Origin: Carcharhinus longimanus
Taxonomy: Eukaryota
Length of the DNA stretch: 64,000 nucleotides
Direction: 5' to 3'
Assembly (NCBI GenBank): GCA_030264375.1
Contig: JASCQW010000043.1
Coordinates: 83,800,036 to 83,864,035 of the forward strand
A program made the position numbers and the translations under genes. Shown in pieces: positions 44,401-56,400 of this stretch (position 1 is the first letter of the stretch; every line of letters begins with the position of its first letter). Below the pieces are notes generated by a model. That model searched no databases, was not told the origin of the DNA, and saw nothing but the letters and a program-made list of their open reading frames with translations.

Positions 44401-47400
44401 ACTAGGTTAAATCTGAAAGGTATTGCACAGACCTTGTTGCATGATGTGAATTAAGGACCACATGATCACAGGTTGAAGAGAAAATTAAACATTAATTCAT
44501 TTCTCTCACTGAAGTTCTTAATCTCTTCCATTCTGATTTGTTCTCTTTGGGGAGATCACTCTTTAGATAACATTTCAGTTAATCTTAAGTTCTTTCAAAC
44601 TTGCTCACTTCTACACAACTCACTATACCTCCACCTGCAATTTGGGATCTACCCTCTTAGAGTATTTGTCAACAATTGAATAAAGGTGTTATCCTTGGAA
44701 CATGTTAGAATACATCCTCTAAGCAATTCTGCTTTTTTATTTTTTTGTGGTGATCTTGCTTTCTAGAAGTCCATGTTATCAAATCTGGAAAACCTCTTGA
44801 TCCACTTCATGCTGTGACTTTTGCTCAGCTTGTATTCTTGGTGCTCCAGGATTAATTATAGCCTATGAATAATATGGGGATTGCTCTAGCAATTTTCTGC
44901 TTAATCCAATAAATGAATTTTTTTAAATTCCAGAAGAGAACTTTAGGCTGATTTTTGGGATGAGAATAAAGCAGCTGTTTTCAAATATTAACCTTTTGGT
45001 TTTAAAACTGGATGAATCACCTAAAATGTGACCTGCTATACTATTCTAACCTTCAGCCCATCACACATGTAGACCAGATCACTTCAGATGTGGTGATGGT
45101 ACCTGTATCCATAATGACAAGAAATGTAATGGACTGAATGATTGCCTTGATGCCAGTGATGAATCTGGCTGTATAAATGGTAAGTGCATGGTGTCATTTA
45201 GAATGAATGATTTTTTTTGACTGACTGAAGTTCTCCATTCTAAATGTATTTTTTCTTTCTGCAACAGAGTGCAGAGGTGCCACTGAGTTTAAGTGTGGCA
45301 GTGGTGAATGCATTGATATAACAAAAGTCTGTGACCAGCATCAAGACTGTAGAGATTGGAGTGATGAGCCAGCCAAAAAATGTAGTAAGTAGTGAATTAG
45401 TTGCATTGCAGATATAGAGCTTTTTAACTGTTTACTGATTTGAACTTCCTGATCCAAAATCTGTTCAATGCTTGGCTATAGTTAGCTTTTTATAGCGGTT
45501 AGCATTCTAATCCGATTATGGTCAGGATACTCCAGCCATTCACCCCAGTGGGATTCCTTGGTTTTGCTGCAGTGAACAGATTTGGCTGAGCATCAATTCT
45601 TCTTCACTTGCAGCAATGGCAAGGTGTGAACAGGTGGAAAATTCCAGCCATTGCATGTGATTCTGGCAAGAACCTGGTTTAGTCTGTCATTCAGTGCTGA
45701 TTTTCATTATGCTTGTAGGGCATTGACTTCAATTACACTTGCTTTATTTTATATTCAAAATATTTGTAAAGTTAAATATTTTGCTTCCAGCTATGAAATA
45801 GTTTTAACTAAAGTTATTTGATTTTTATAAGCTGTTACAATCCCTTTGGGATCTATAAAGCAAAACATTTTACTGAATGATCTAAGATTGTCACTTGTAC
45901 AAAATCAGTGCAATGCAGAGGTAATACAGTATACACTCTGCCTGTGTAGTCTGTTTTTGCCACAGTTCCAAGTAGAATCTCAATCCCTTTCAAGGATTTA
46001 ATCAATATTTTTTTGTGTAGGCAGCAGTATTTACGTGGTTCTCTGTGCACCTTTTCCCATGGATGTACTTTTTCTGGTGTTTGTAGCATCTCCTTGTATC
46101 TGTTTTCTGTTTATGCCTTCAACCAATAACCTGTTGGTACAGCTTTCAGTAAAGGATCACCAGGTCACTTAAGGATTTGATCCTGTATTTGGGCATTGAA
46201 ATGTTTAGAATCTAATTTTTATGGCAAATTTTGAGGTCAAAGGTCATCACAATGCTTTCTACCCAAAGCAGGAATTGAGCAACTAGACCTTGTGATTAAG
46301 TATTTCTGGTTAGTTTGTAGAACTTTCTTTGACATTAAATATCTGATCGTGCACTGACTTAGGCATCTCCAGAATGCAAGTATATAGAGCTGATAAGACC
46401 AACTTTAAAATATAGGGTATTGTGTTGAAAGCATGTCAGAATGAGTGTCAAACTTGTGACAAAGTTATGTAGCTTACTAGCAAAGCAGTTGTATACTTGA
46501 GCTAAATTTTGGAAGGGTGGGGGAGTTCTAAAGTGATTTCATCCTTTTGCTTCCAGATGTGAATGAATGCTTGGACAACAATGGTGGCTGTTCTCACATC
46601 TGTAAAGATCTGACTGTTGGCTATAAATGTGATTGTCCCACTGGTTTTGAGTTGATTGGTAAAACTTGTGGTGGTAAGTTTACTTCACTATTCTACAAAA
46701 GAATAATGACTTTGATGACACTCCAGAGGATATTGGGTTTTTTTTTGCAGATATTGATGAATGTAAAATTCCTGGGACCTGCAGTCAAACTTGTATTAAT
46801 TTAGAAGGAAGCTACATGTGCAAATGCCACGTTGGATATCAAATGGACCCAGCTAATGGGGTTTGCAAGGCTGTAGGCAAGTATATCTTCAGTCGAACAT
46901 CCTAAGAGAGACTGGGTGATAGACTTATGTCCAGTCACTTATTCAGGAGCACCCTAGTGTTTTTGCTCAAGATCACATGTCTGTTTCAGTGACCAACTTA
47001 CTAACTAATTGGGATGAAGGGAAGATTCCCATGGAATTGGGGAAAATTTCCACTAGTGCAGAACTGCTCTTCTGAACTTGAATCATAAGACTATTTTTAT
47101 AGTAATGATCTACTTGTTTTCAATTAAATGTTAAACTAGTTTGTTACTCAGCTCCCATATATTGAGCATTAAATAGCTTGCACATGAAATGACCAACTGA
47201 TCCATCAAGCTTGCCCTACATATGAATGGAGAATTATAACTAAACCACCAACACCCTGGTGCCCCATTCTTAACTGAAATAAACAATCCAGATACTATAG
47301 TGTCAAGTTCCTAGACATTTCTAGGAATCCAACATTTGTGTTGTAGCTTGGTCAGAGGTACTGAGGCATGTTCAATCTGTTACTCCATTCTTCTAGCTCG

Positions 47401-50400
47401 CCTCCAAACTTTTCCATGGTCACTTTCTCCTTGAGGGAATGAGAACTGGGTCTAGTGGTCATGTTCATTCTGCATAGTGCCATTGAGTTACACTGGTTCT
47501 TAACTATAGTTTCTTGCATTTGTCAAGGATCCAGAAACATTACCTTTTCTGTAACTTTCACATGGAATATTGCCAGTATCCTTTCAACACATGACAATTT
47601 TAATCTGAACGCAGTTTGCCATTAGCCCACTCCCTCGATATACTACCAAAGTTTCCAAAAGCATTATCTACCAGATTTCCCACATTTCCTTGCCCCTAAG
47701 ACTTGAGTTCTGCTAAGGGAATATTAGAGTATCTCTTTCTGTCCAATCAAATCCTGCACCCTTTTTGGATAACTTGGCATCGTCAGGATGAATCTGACTG
47801 CAGTGTTTTGTAGCCAGTGAGGGAAAGTTAATATTTCTAGTGGACCTCATCATAGATCTGAAACGTGGTTTTTCACCACAGATGCTGCCTGACCTGAGAA
47901 TTTCTAGTTTTTTTTTTTATTTCCAGCATCTGCAGTATTTTTGTGATTCATGTGACCTGCCCGCCCTTCCCCACCCATGCAAAATGTTAAGGGCATTTCC
48001 TCTAACTGCTTTTAGCCTTCACCAACAAACTGGTTATTGTAGACTTAACACAGTTCATGTCCTCACGCTATTGCTTTCTCTGGCATTACTTTTACACTGA
48101 AACCGTGCTGACCTTGTGTAGACAATGCATGTAAAAAGGGATGGAGACAAGCTAATCTATATAAAAAAAAAAAAAAAAATTTGTTCCAGTTTGATTGCAA
48201 TATTCTGGGAGAAGCAAGACACCTTTTGTCAATTTAGGAGATGATTCTTGGGATAGATGTGGGGTGATTTTTTTTCTCTTGGATGAATTTCAAATTGGCG
48301 GTCACTGCTTTTTAAGTCTCCCATGTAAATTGGACTGTTTTCTTTTCTTGAGGGTAGTGAGTCTCTGGAACTCCCTCCAAAGGCAGATGAAGCAGTCTTA
48401 TGGTAGAAACAGATTATTGATAAGTGGTTAGCATCAAAGTAGCCACGAATGATGAAGCAGACTTGCGGGGCCAAATGGTCTGCTCATATCAGGTGAGCTC
48501 TAGGAGGCCAGTTGGATCTTTTTTCCACCCAATTTTCAATGGCATTTAGAATTTGTCTCCCTTTGTAAAATGTTTGCAGAACACAGGTCCACAATCTATT
48601 GCAGATTACTTTAGTGCTTCCTAGCGTCTTAATAGTTTGTCTGGCTCAGCTAGTACTAGGCTGACTATTGCCACTGTTTCCTAGCTTGGATTTTAAAACA
48701 CCAGTGCTGTGCTCAACGCAACTTTACAAAGGTTGATAGCATAATCCTTGGGCTATATCAAACCATCTAAATTGTTCAATGAAACAAGGTAGATATGGTA
48801 GTCAGAGAAGTGACCTTGAATTCAGAAGTCTCCTTTTTTTTACTAGAGTAATTAAATATAATTGAAGTGAAAGATTTTATTTCCTTACAATGCAAGTAAT
48901 ACCACTAAGCTGAACTTGTTTCAACAAGATTGCTTTTGCAAGTGTAGAGCATGGGTAAATACAGTTGCTTCAGACAATCTATTTTTCCTTCTGAGAATAA
49001 TAGGAATGAATATGGCTTGGGCAATCTGCACTCATCCTCTTGCAAGGTTTATGGCAAACTCTAGCTTTGTTCACCTTTATCTTCTAATGGTGACGACTGA
49101 GACAAACTAATAGAATGTGTCCCTTCAACACCTTTTATGTAAATGCCTTGGTCTCAAGGTAAATGGCAGTTGGTTGAGTAAATTTTGAGGGACATTTTCA
49201 TTAAGTTTCTCTTTTTTTAATAGGAGAGGAGCCATACCTGATCTTCACTAATCGCCATGATATCAGAAAATTGGGATTACACCACAAAGTGTACAGTCAG
49301 GTAGTTGCAGAATTGAGAAATGCTGTGGCACTGGATACTGATGTGGCAGAGCAGATAATCTTCTGGGCTGACTTGGGACAGCGGGCAATTTTCAGGTAAT
49401 ATCATGTTGCACCTCCATAGCTGACCTTGTCCAAAACAGCACTTGCTAGCTTCAGTAACCAATTTGGTCACTTTCTGAAGTGCTTCCATCTTTGAACATT
49501 TTGTGGCTGAATAGTTTTTTGTGATGGCTTTGATTTTATTTCATAATCATTGCATATACTCAGCAGATCTGTGACATCAATAATCATTCATGCAATTACC
49601 TTGTCAAATTAATTTGAATCTCTTCAAATCATGATTGACTAGTTTTCTGGATCACTAAGTAATGACTTGATGTTGATGTGCTAAACTTTTGTAATTAGCC
49701 TGCCTTTTTGTGACTCCACTCCAAGTAGATTTGCTGGTGTTTCAGATGTATGTCCAGTGTCTAGTAATCCTGCAAGTCACATGGTCACTTGAGAGCAACC
49801 AGTAAATTGGCTATAATCATATACTACCTGTATTGTGCATTTTGAGGTACACAACTCTTGCAAGATTTTAATGGTTGGAATTTGTTTGCTTTAACTTTTT
49901 TTTTCTGCAGTATGCTGATGGATGGCAGCACTGGCATTTCCAGGATTGTTAACAATGTACGCATTCATGTGGGAATTGCTGTTGACTGGATCTACAACAA
50001 TATTTACTGGACTGATATGGGTGCTAGAACTATATCTGTTGCAAGCTTTAATGGAATCAGAAGGAAAACTCTCTTTGACAGCAACTTGAGGGAGCCAGCT
50101 TCAGTAGCAGTTGATCCACTATTGGGGTATGAACTTTGCCTTGAATGTACCATTGGGTATTGATGCTTGATTCACTTTCACTGGCATTAAGTATTTTGTG
50201 ACTAAGGTGTTTGGATGATCAAGTAATCAACCAGATCTAGTAACTACAGATGAGAGCAATGATTTATCACTACAGCATGACAATCACATGGGCCATTTTT
50301 GCCCGCCCTTGTCTTTTAGATTGGAGTTGTCTAACAGCAATCTCATTTTTCGCTCTTAAAAATATTTGACCAGTTCCAGTTTGCCTCAACAGCCACTTTT

Positions 50401-53400
50401 TATTGTCCTGACTCCCTGAATGAATTTGGTTCTACCCTGCTGCCCCCTCTCAACCCTTGGTCTTCCAGAATCACTAACCCAAAGCAACCACCCAACTTCT
50501 AAACATTTGCATTTCCCTTGTTTAAATTCAATTTTTTTTAAAGATTTAGCCTTCGACTAAGTCAATGTATACAATTTTTATGCATTTTCCTAATCATTCC
50601 TATATCTAGCCCAAACCTGGGCACAATAATACTGACCCTAACAGAACCATAGGGTGCTTGTTCACCATCTTGTATATTGAGGCCATTTTTAATGGATGCT
50701 AAATTCACCCTACACAAGGCAATAGATTAAGGCTAACATTTCATGGTTCACCAGAAGGGCTGCTTGCATATGCAAGATTAGGAGCAGTTTAATTACTAAT
50801 TTCATAGGTTACACATGTTGAGTACTGATTCCTACCATTTGCCTTTTGTAGCAAAACTCTTTAAAATCACATCTGCCAGACAGTGAAAGTCAAATTTCTG
50901 TTTTGGCTGCAAACTTAGCTAGTTTTGAAGCTTTTTTCCTTGAAGCCTTTGGTATATTGCTGAACACTGTGCTATGCACTGATGCAATTTGACAGCATTG
51001 GCTGAAATTGGGCTATTCAGGGTAAAGGGATCTTCTGGTCCTGCAAGCAGCACACCCTGCCACAGGTTTCCCAGTGGCAGTGCATTCAACAAGAAACAGG
51101 ACCAGAAGATGCTTTTACTGGCCAGTGGTTGGTTATCTCTACGTTGTGGCATGTGGAAAAGCCCACCATTCTTTTCAAAAATGCTGACAGCTTGTAGCGC
51201 AAATTATTTTGCTGAAAAATGAGTTTTTAATTTGGTTTGCATGAGTTACTGAAGTGCCATGTTTGTTTGGAGAGCAGTAATTGCATACTTTACAAATAAA
51301 AAGGCATTGGAGTTTTCAATCCTACTTGTGTCCTTGTCCCTAAAAAGAACCAGTTTCTTTTGCAAGTCTCTCAATCCTGCAAACCAGTGCAGATAGTAGT
51401 AACTTGCAATGGTGGTAATCATCCTGGGGTCAATCTGATTTTTAGAAACATCTAAGTTTTTGTTTTAAGATGCAAGAGTAATTTATGTCTAGGTTATATG
51501 TATAGAATCACTTTACAAAACAAACTACACTTGTACCCAATATTATAACTTAGTATTACAAATTTATCATTGTTAGATTTGCAAGGGAAAACAACTCAAA
51601 TGTCCTTGAAATTGAGAGCTGGAATTTTTAGAAGCAGAAATTCAATTAAATATTCCCCAGTTCTTGCTTACTACTGCCACACTCCTCACTAGCCCCCTGC
51701 TGCCAATGGATCAGCTTCCTTGGATCAAATTTGGCATGCTTGAAATTTGTCCTGGTTTTCTATCTATCACTGGGCAAACTCTAGTTGTGGGTTCATGTTG
51801 CATTGGTGTTGACTTGGTTGTATCGCCCACTGCTGTTTATAAAAATCCATTTGGTTCACTAATCTTTTTAGAGATATATTTGCCATTTTCCTCTGGCCTG
51901 GTTCCTGTTACTCCACATCCACTAACATAGTTGAATCCTGACTGCTTGAGGATGGGCAACAAATGTTGGCGTTGTCATTGACTCTGTCCCGTGAATAATG
52001 GCCCACTACACCTGAAGTTAGATATGCTAGGCAAAATCTTCAAATTTGGAAGTGCAGTTCAATTTTCAATCTTGTAGTACTCAGCTGCCCCTAGGGTGGG
52101 GTAGTGGCAGTAGTTAGCACTGCTACCTTACAGCACCAGGCACCCAGGTTTGATTCCTGGCTTGGTCATCCATGTGGAGTTTGTACATCCACCATTTCTG
52201 CATGGATTTCCTGCAGGTGCTCGGGTTCCCTCCACCATCCAAAAGACACGTTGGTTGGATGCATTGACCCGAACAGGCATTGGAGTGTGGTGACTAGGGG
52301 AATTTCACTAATTTCATTGCAATGTTAATGTGAGCCTTTAATATATTAAACTTTTTCAGATGGTAGGAATCTAAAATTGGATGTGCTACCATTTTTAACA
52401 GCAATGTAATAACTAGCCTTCTGGGGAAAAGGCCATAACAAACAGCCTGGATGTCTAGACAGAAAAGCAGTGCTTTTGTTACTGAAGCTTCAGGGACAGT
52501 TCAGATTGAATTCTTTTTGTTGTTTTTATTTAAAGGTATATTTATTGGTCAGACTGGGGTGAACCTGCAGTGATTGAAAAAGCAGGAATGAATGGTGTTG
52601 GTCGCAAGCTCCTAGTTACCAGAGATATTGAATGGCCAAATGCCATTGCACTTGGTGAGTAGAGCTGTATAAAAATAGACTGTTTTTGGTCTTTGACAAG
52701 CATGGCTCATTTGGTCCAATTATCCCATAGATCTTGTGAAAAATCGTCTTTATTGGGTTGACTCTAAGCTGCACACACTGTCAAGTGTGGATGTGACTGG
52801 ACGGAATAGAAGAACCGTGCTTTCCTCACATGAATACCTTGCTCATCCTTTTGGCATATCAATATTTGAGGTAAAGTATCATTATAAAAAGTGTAGTGAA
52901 TTGTTAAATGGTTTTTGATCAAATGAAATAATCTTGGAAGACATTTGGATTTTAAGAAGCTCCAGAGCTTGTATTGGTTACATCTTGTTATCTGTCCATG
53001 TCCATATGGATGGTCAAATAAGGTGGTTTATGCAGCATGAGGGTGTCATCAGGTGTACAATCTAACCCCTGTTCAGCACTTTTGACTACTTCATAGAATC
53101 CTGAACAGTACAGAAGAGGGCCAATTGAGCCTGCACTAATAATCCCATCCAGGCTCAATCCCCATAACCCACATTGCCCTTCTAATCACCCCAACACCTA
53201 AGGGCAATTTAGCATGGCCAATCCACCTAACCGGCACACCTTTTGGAATTGCCTTTTACTGTCATTCATTGTTTATTGCACCAAATTCGTGTATGTTAAC
53301 TGTAGCATGGAGCACTGTAATACTGTGGGGTAAACAGTTATAGAAAAGCAAAATGTTGTGCTGCAAGTGCACTGCTGGAAATAGCAATCTGGCAGAATAT

Positions 53401-56400
53401 TTGGAGGGGGATGTGCAAAGTTATGGCCTGCAGAAATTTTAAACTTTTTAGGTGAGGAGGGCACATTTTTGATTTCTGTATCATGTTCATTGAATGTGGT
53501 TGTGACTGGTAAGGCCAACAGGTTGCCATTGATATCCTTGAGGTCAGTTGTATTGCTGTGGGTTATAGGGTAAGCTTATCAAATAAGGATGGCTGGTTTG
53601 CTTCCCTAAAAGAATAGTAAAACCCACTTGTCGCAACAGTTGTTGCCAAACATGTCATTTCCAGCATTTTATGTTGAATTGTTCTGCTTTCAATAATGGA
53701 AGAATCTATGTTATGGACAAATGTTCTACATGACTTGGATTGGCTGGATGAACATCTATAAAATGAAATCAAAACTCCATTGCTGACACACATTTGTAGT
53801 TGCCCATTCAGCAATTGTATCAAACCCAGTTGCAGTACAAAGCATGTGAAGCTGTTTCCACCCACTAGAGAGTGGATTTGTGGTGAATATTGACTTGCCT
53901 TTATGACCTTTGGAAGTGGTCTCATTTCAGGATCATNNNNNNNNNNGGACTGACTGGAAGAATAACAAGATCTATCAAGCTAATAAATACACAGGAGGGG
54001 ATCTGATGATTTTACTCTCTCGTGTTAAGGAAGCTCGGGACATTGTTGTTTCTCATGAGCTTGTACAGCCATCAGGTAGGAATTCTTATCAATTAGCAAA
54101 CCCTTGTTTCTAAACACATTTCCCATTGGCCATTCACCTGATTCTATAGATCAATCACTTTGCATCTAAATAAAACTAGCTGTTTTTAATTCCATGTTTC
54201 TTATCAGAATTGGACTTCTGAATTTATGAATTGTCAGTTCATGCTTTCAAATGCTGTAAGAACATTTGTATTTCAGAACAATTTGGATGCTCACCATGCC
54301 TGTAGTGCATCTGAAATAGCTGTTTTTAAAATAGAATGGGGTTCACTTGCATAATTTTAGGTTCTCCTGTCCCACTTCAACTACTGACCATGCAATTTGA
54401 TCCTTCAAGATCTGCTTGGATTGTGGTTTCCTTCTGAAACTTACCTAGGTTAAACAAACATTTAAGGGTATATTGTAATATTGGCAGAATTCTCTGGTCT
54501 TGTCCGGCAGGACCTGTTGGGAGTGAGAATAGAGAACTTGGGCTTTGCAGCCCAAAACTCCATTTGGCCTTCTGGGTTATTTGGTATTAATCAGTTGTTT
54601 ACCCATGCTAAATTGCCACACTCAAACATATCCATTCTTTAAAGCAATTTTCAATGTTGTAAATGAGTTGAATTTTATGGTCAATTTTGTAATATACAAA
54701 TGATCAGAGTTGAAACTTGGCCCATTCAGCATGTGGCTATTTCTGTTGGTTTAAGTTTCTTTGCAATTTTAGTCACCAGTATTTGCAGATTTCAGCAACA
54801 CTTGTTCATGTGGAAATTTTTAATGCTTTGAGGTAATTGCAGTTGTATTGGAGCAGAATTTTAATATTCAAATTGTTTCCAAGAACCATTCAAGTCTTGT
54901 AATACTAAAGCCAAATGTAATCATCAAAAGAATACATTGGGTTGGTTATAATTGGATGCACAAAAATTAATGAAGGTAGCTTGGTTTAAACTATGCATTG
55001 GTTCTCGATGTGCTTTTGTTAGATGTGAGAGTGGGTTTTGCCATCTATTGCTTGTAGTTATCACACTATTCATTTTCCTGTTCAGAGCAATCTTGCTGGG
55101 TTTGGGCTGCTGGCTGCAAGGTGAGATCTGGCCTGCTTTGAACTATGATGCATGAGAAGAATACTGACCTCTTGACGGACTTTTTTTTTTGTACATCTGT
55201 TTCCAGGCAAAGACTGGTGCAATGAGAATCTGAAGAATGGAGGATGTAAATATATGTGCCTTCCAGCTCCCCAGATCAACAGTTACTCTCCAAAATACAC
55301 CTGTGTATGTCCATCTGGAATGGAGTTGCAAAAGGATGGACAACACTGTAAAGCAGGTAAGCACTGCAGATGCTGGAAATAAGTACAGAAGTGCTGGGGT
55401 CAGTTAGCATTGGGAGAGTTGCCTTTCTGATCAACTTGCAACATTTTAGTGCTCTCCTCCCACTACAGCCCCAGCCTCAACACATGCAAATACGTGTGTA
55501 GTGCAATGTTTGTTTCATTTCCACAGATCTATATTTTTAATATCAGTAGTAATCTGCCTACTTGTGGAGTTGTTTTTGGAATCTGGATTTTTGCTCCATG
55601 GGGGAATGCATGTTAACAAAATGACAGACAATTGTAGTTGCCTTCACTCTGTTGTGCTGTTTTGCAACTATTGATCATCAACTAGGATACTAGGAAAACA
55701 AAAACTGGTGAATAAGAAGGTTTTCCTTGACCAGGCCAGAGTAGTAGGTGTAATATACTTGGATTCTCAAAAGGCCTTCTCTAAAATTCTGCATAATAGA
55801 CATGTGCAGACCTTGTCAAAGAGCAGATAGCAAGCTGGCTATAAATGGTAATGACTGGCAGGAAAGTGTTACCAAGAGATTGGTGCTGGACCATTACTGA
55901 TTATTTACAGACTGACTAATTTTCAATTTGTAGATCCACCAATTGGGGATGGGATGAGGAAGACTGACAAAACACAAGAATGGACGTAAACAAGTAGCTT
56001 CAATTTGGCAACAGTATATTTTGTAGGAGTTAGAGCCATGTGCTCATACACTGAGCAAAGTGGGGTACACATGGTACAAAGCACAACTTGATTTCCAGAT
56101 GAGTAAGCAGAGAATTTGTGTAGATATTACATGACCAATTGTGCATAATTCTGGTCTCAATAAAAGCACTAAATTCCAAGTATGGTAGAACCACAGTTAA
56201 TTCCTATCTGGAAGGATTGAACAGTTTGGCAATCAGTTATACCTATCTGGAAGGGAACAATGACTGGAGGCAATGCTTTTTCCACATAAATCCAAAACTA
56301 GATCATGAATAAGATGCTAAAATGGGAATTTGAGGGAAGCTAAACTGAGAATGAAATAGCTTGGAGGAATTTTTAAGGGAAGCAAGTAGATGGGAAGACA

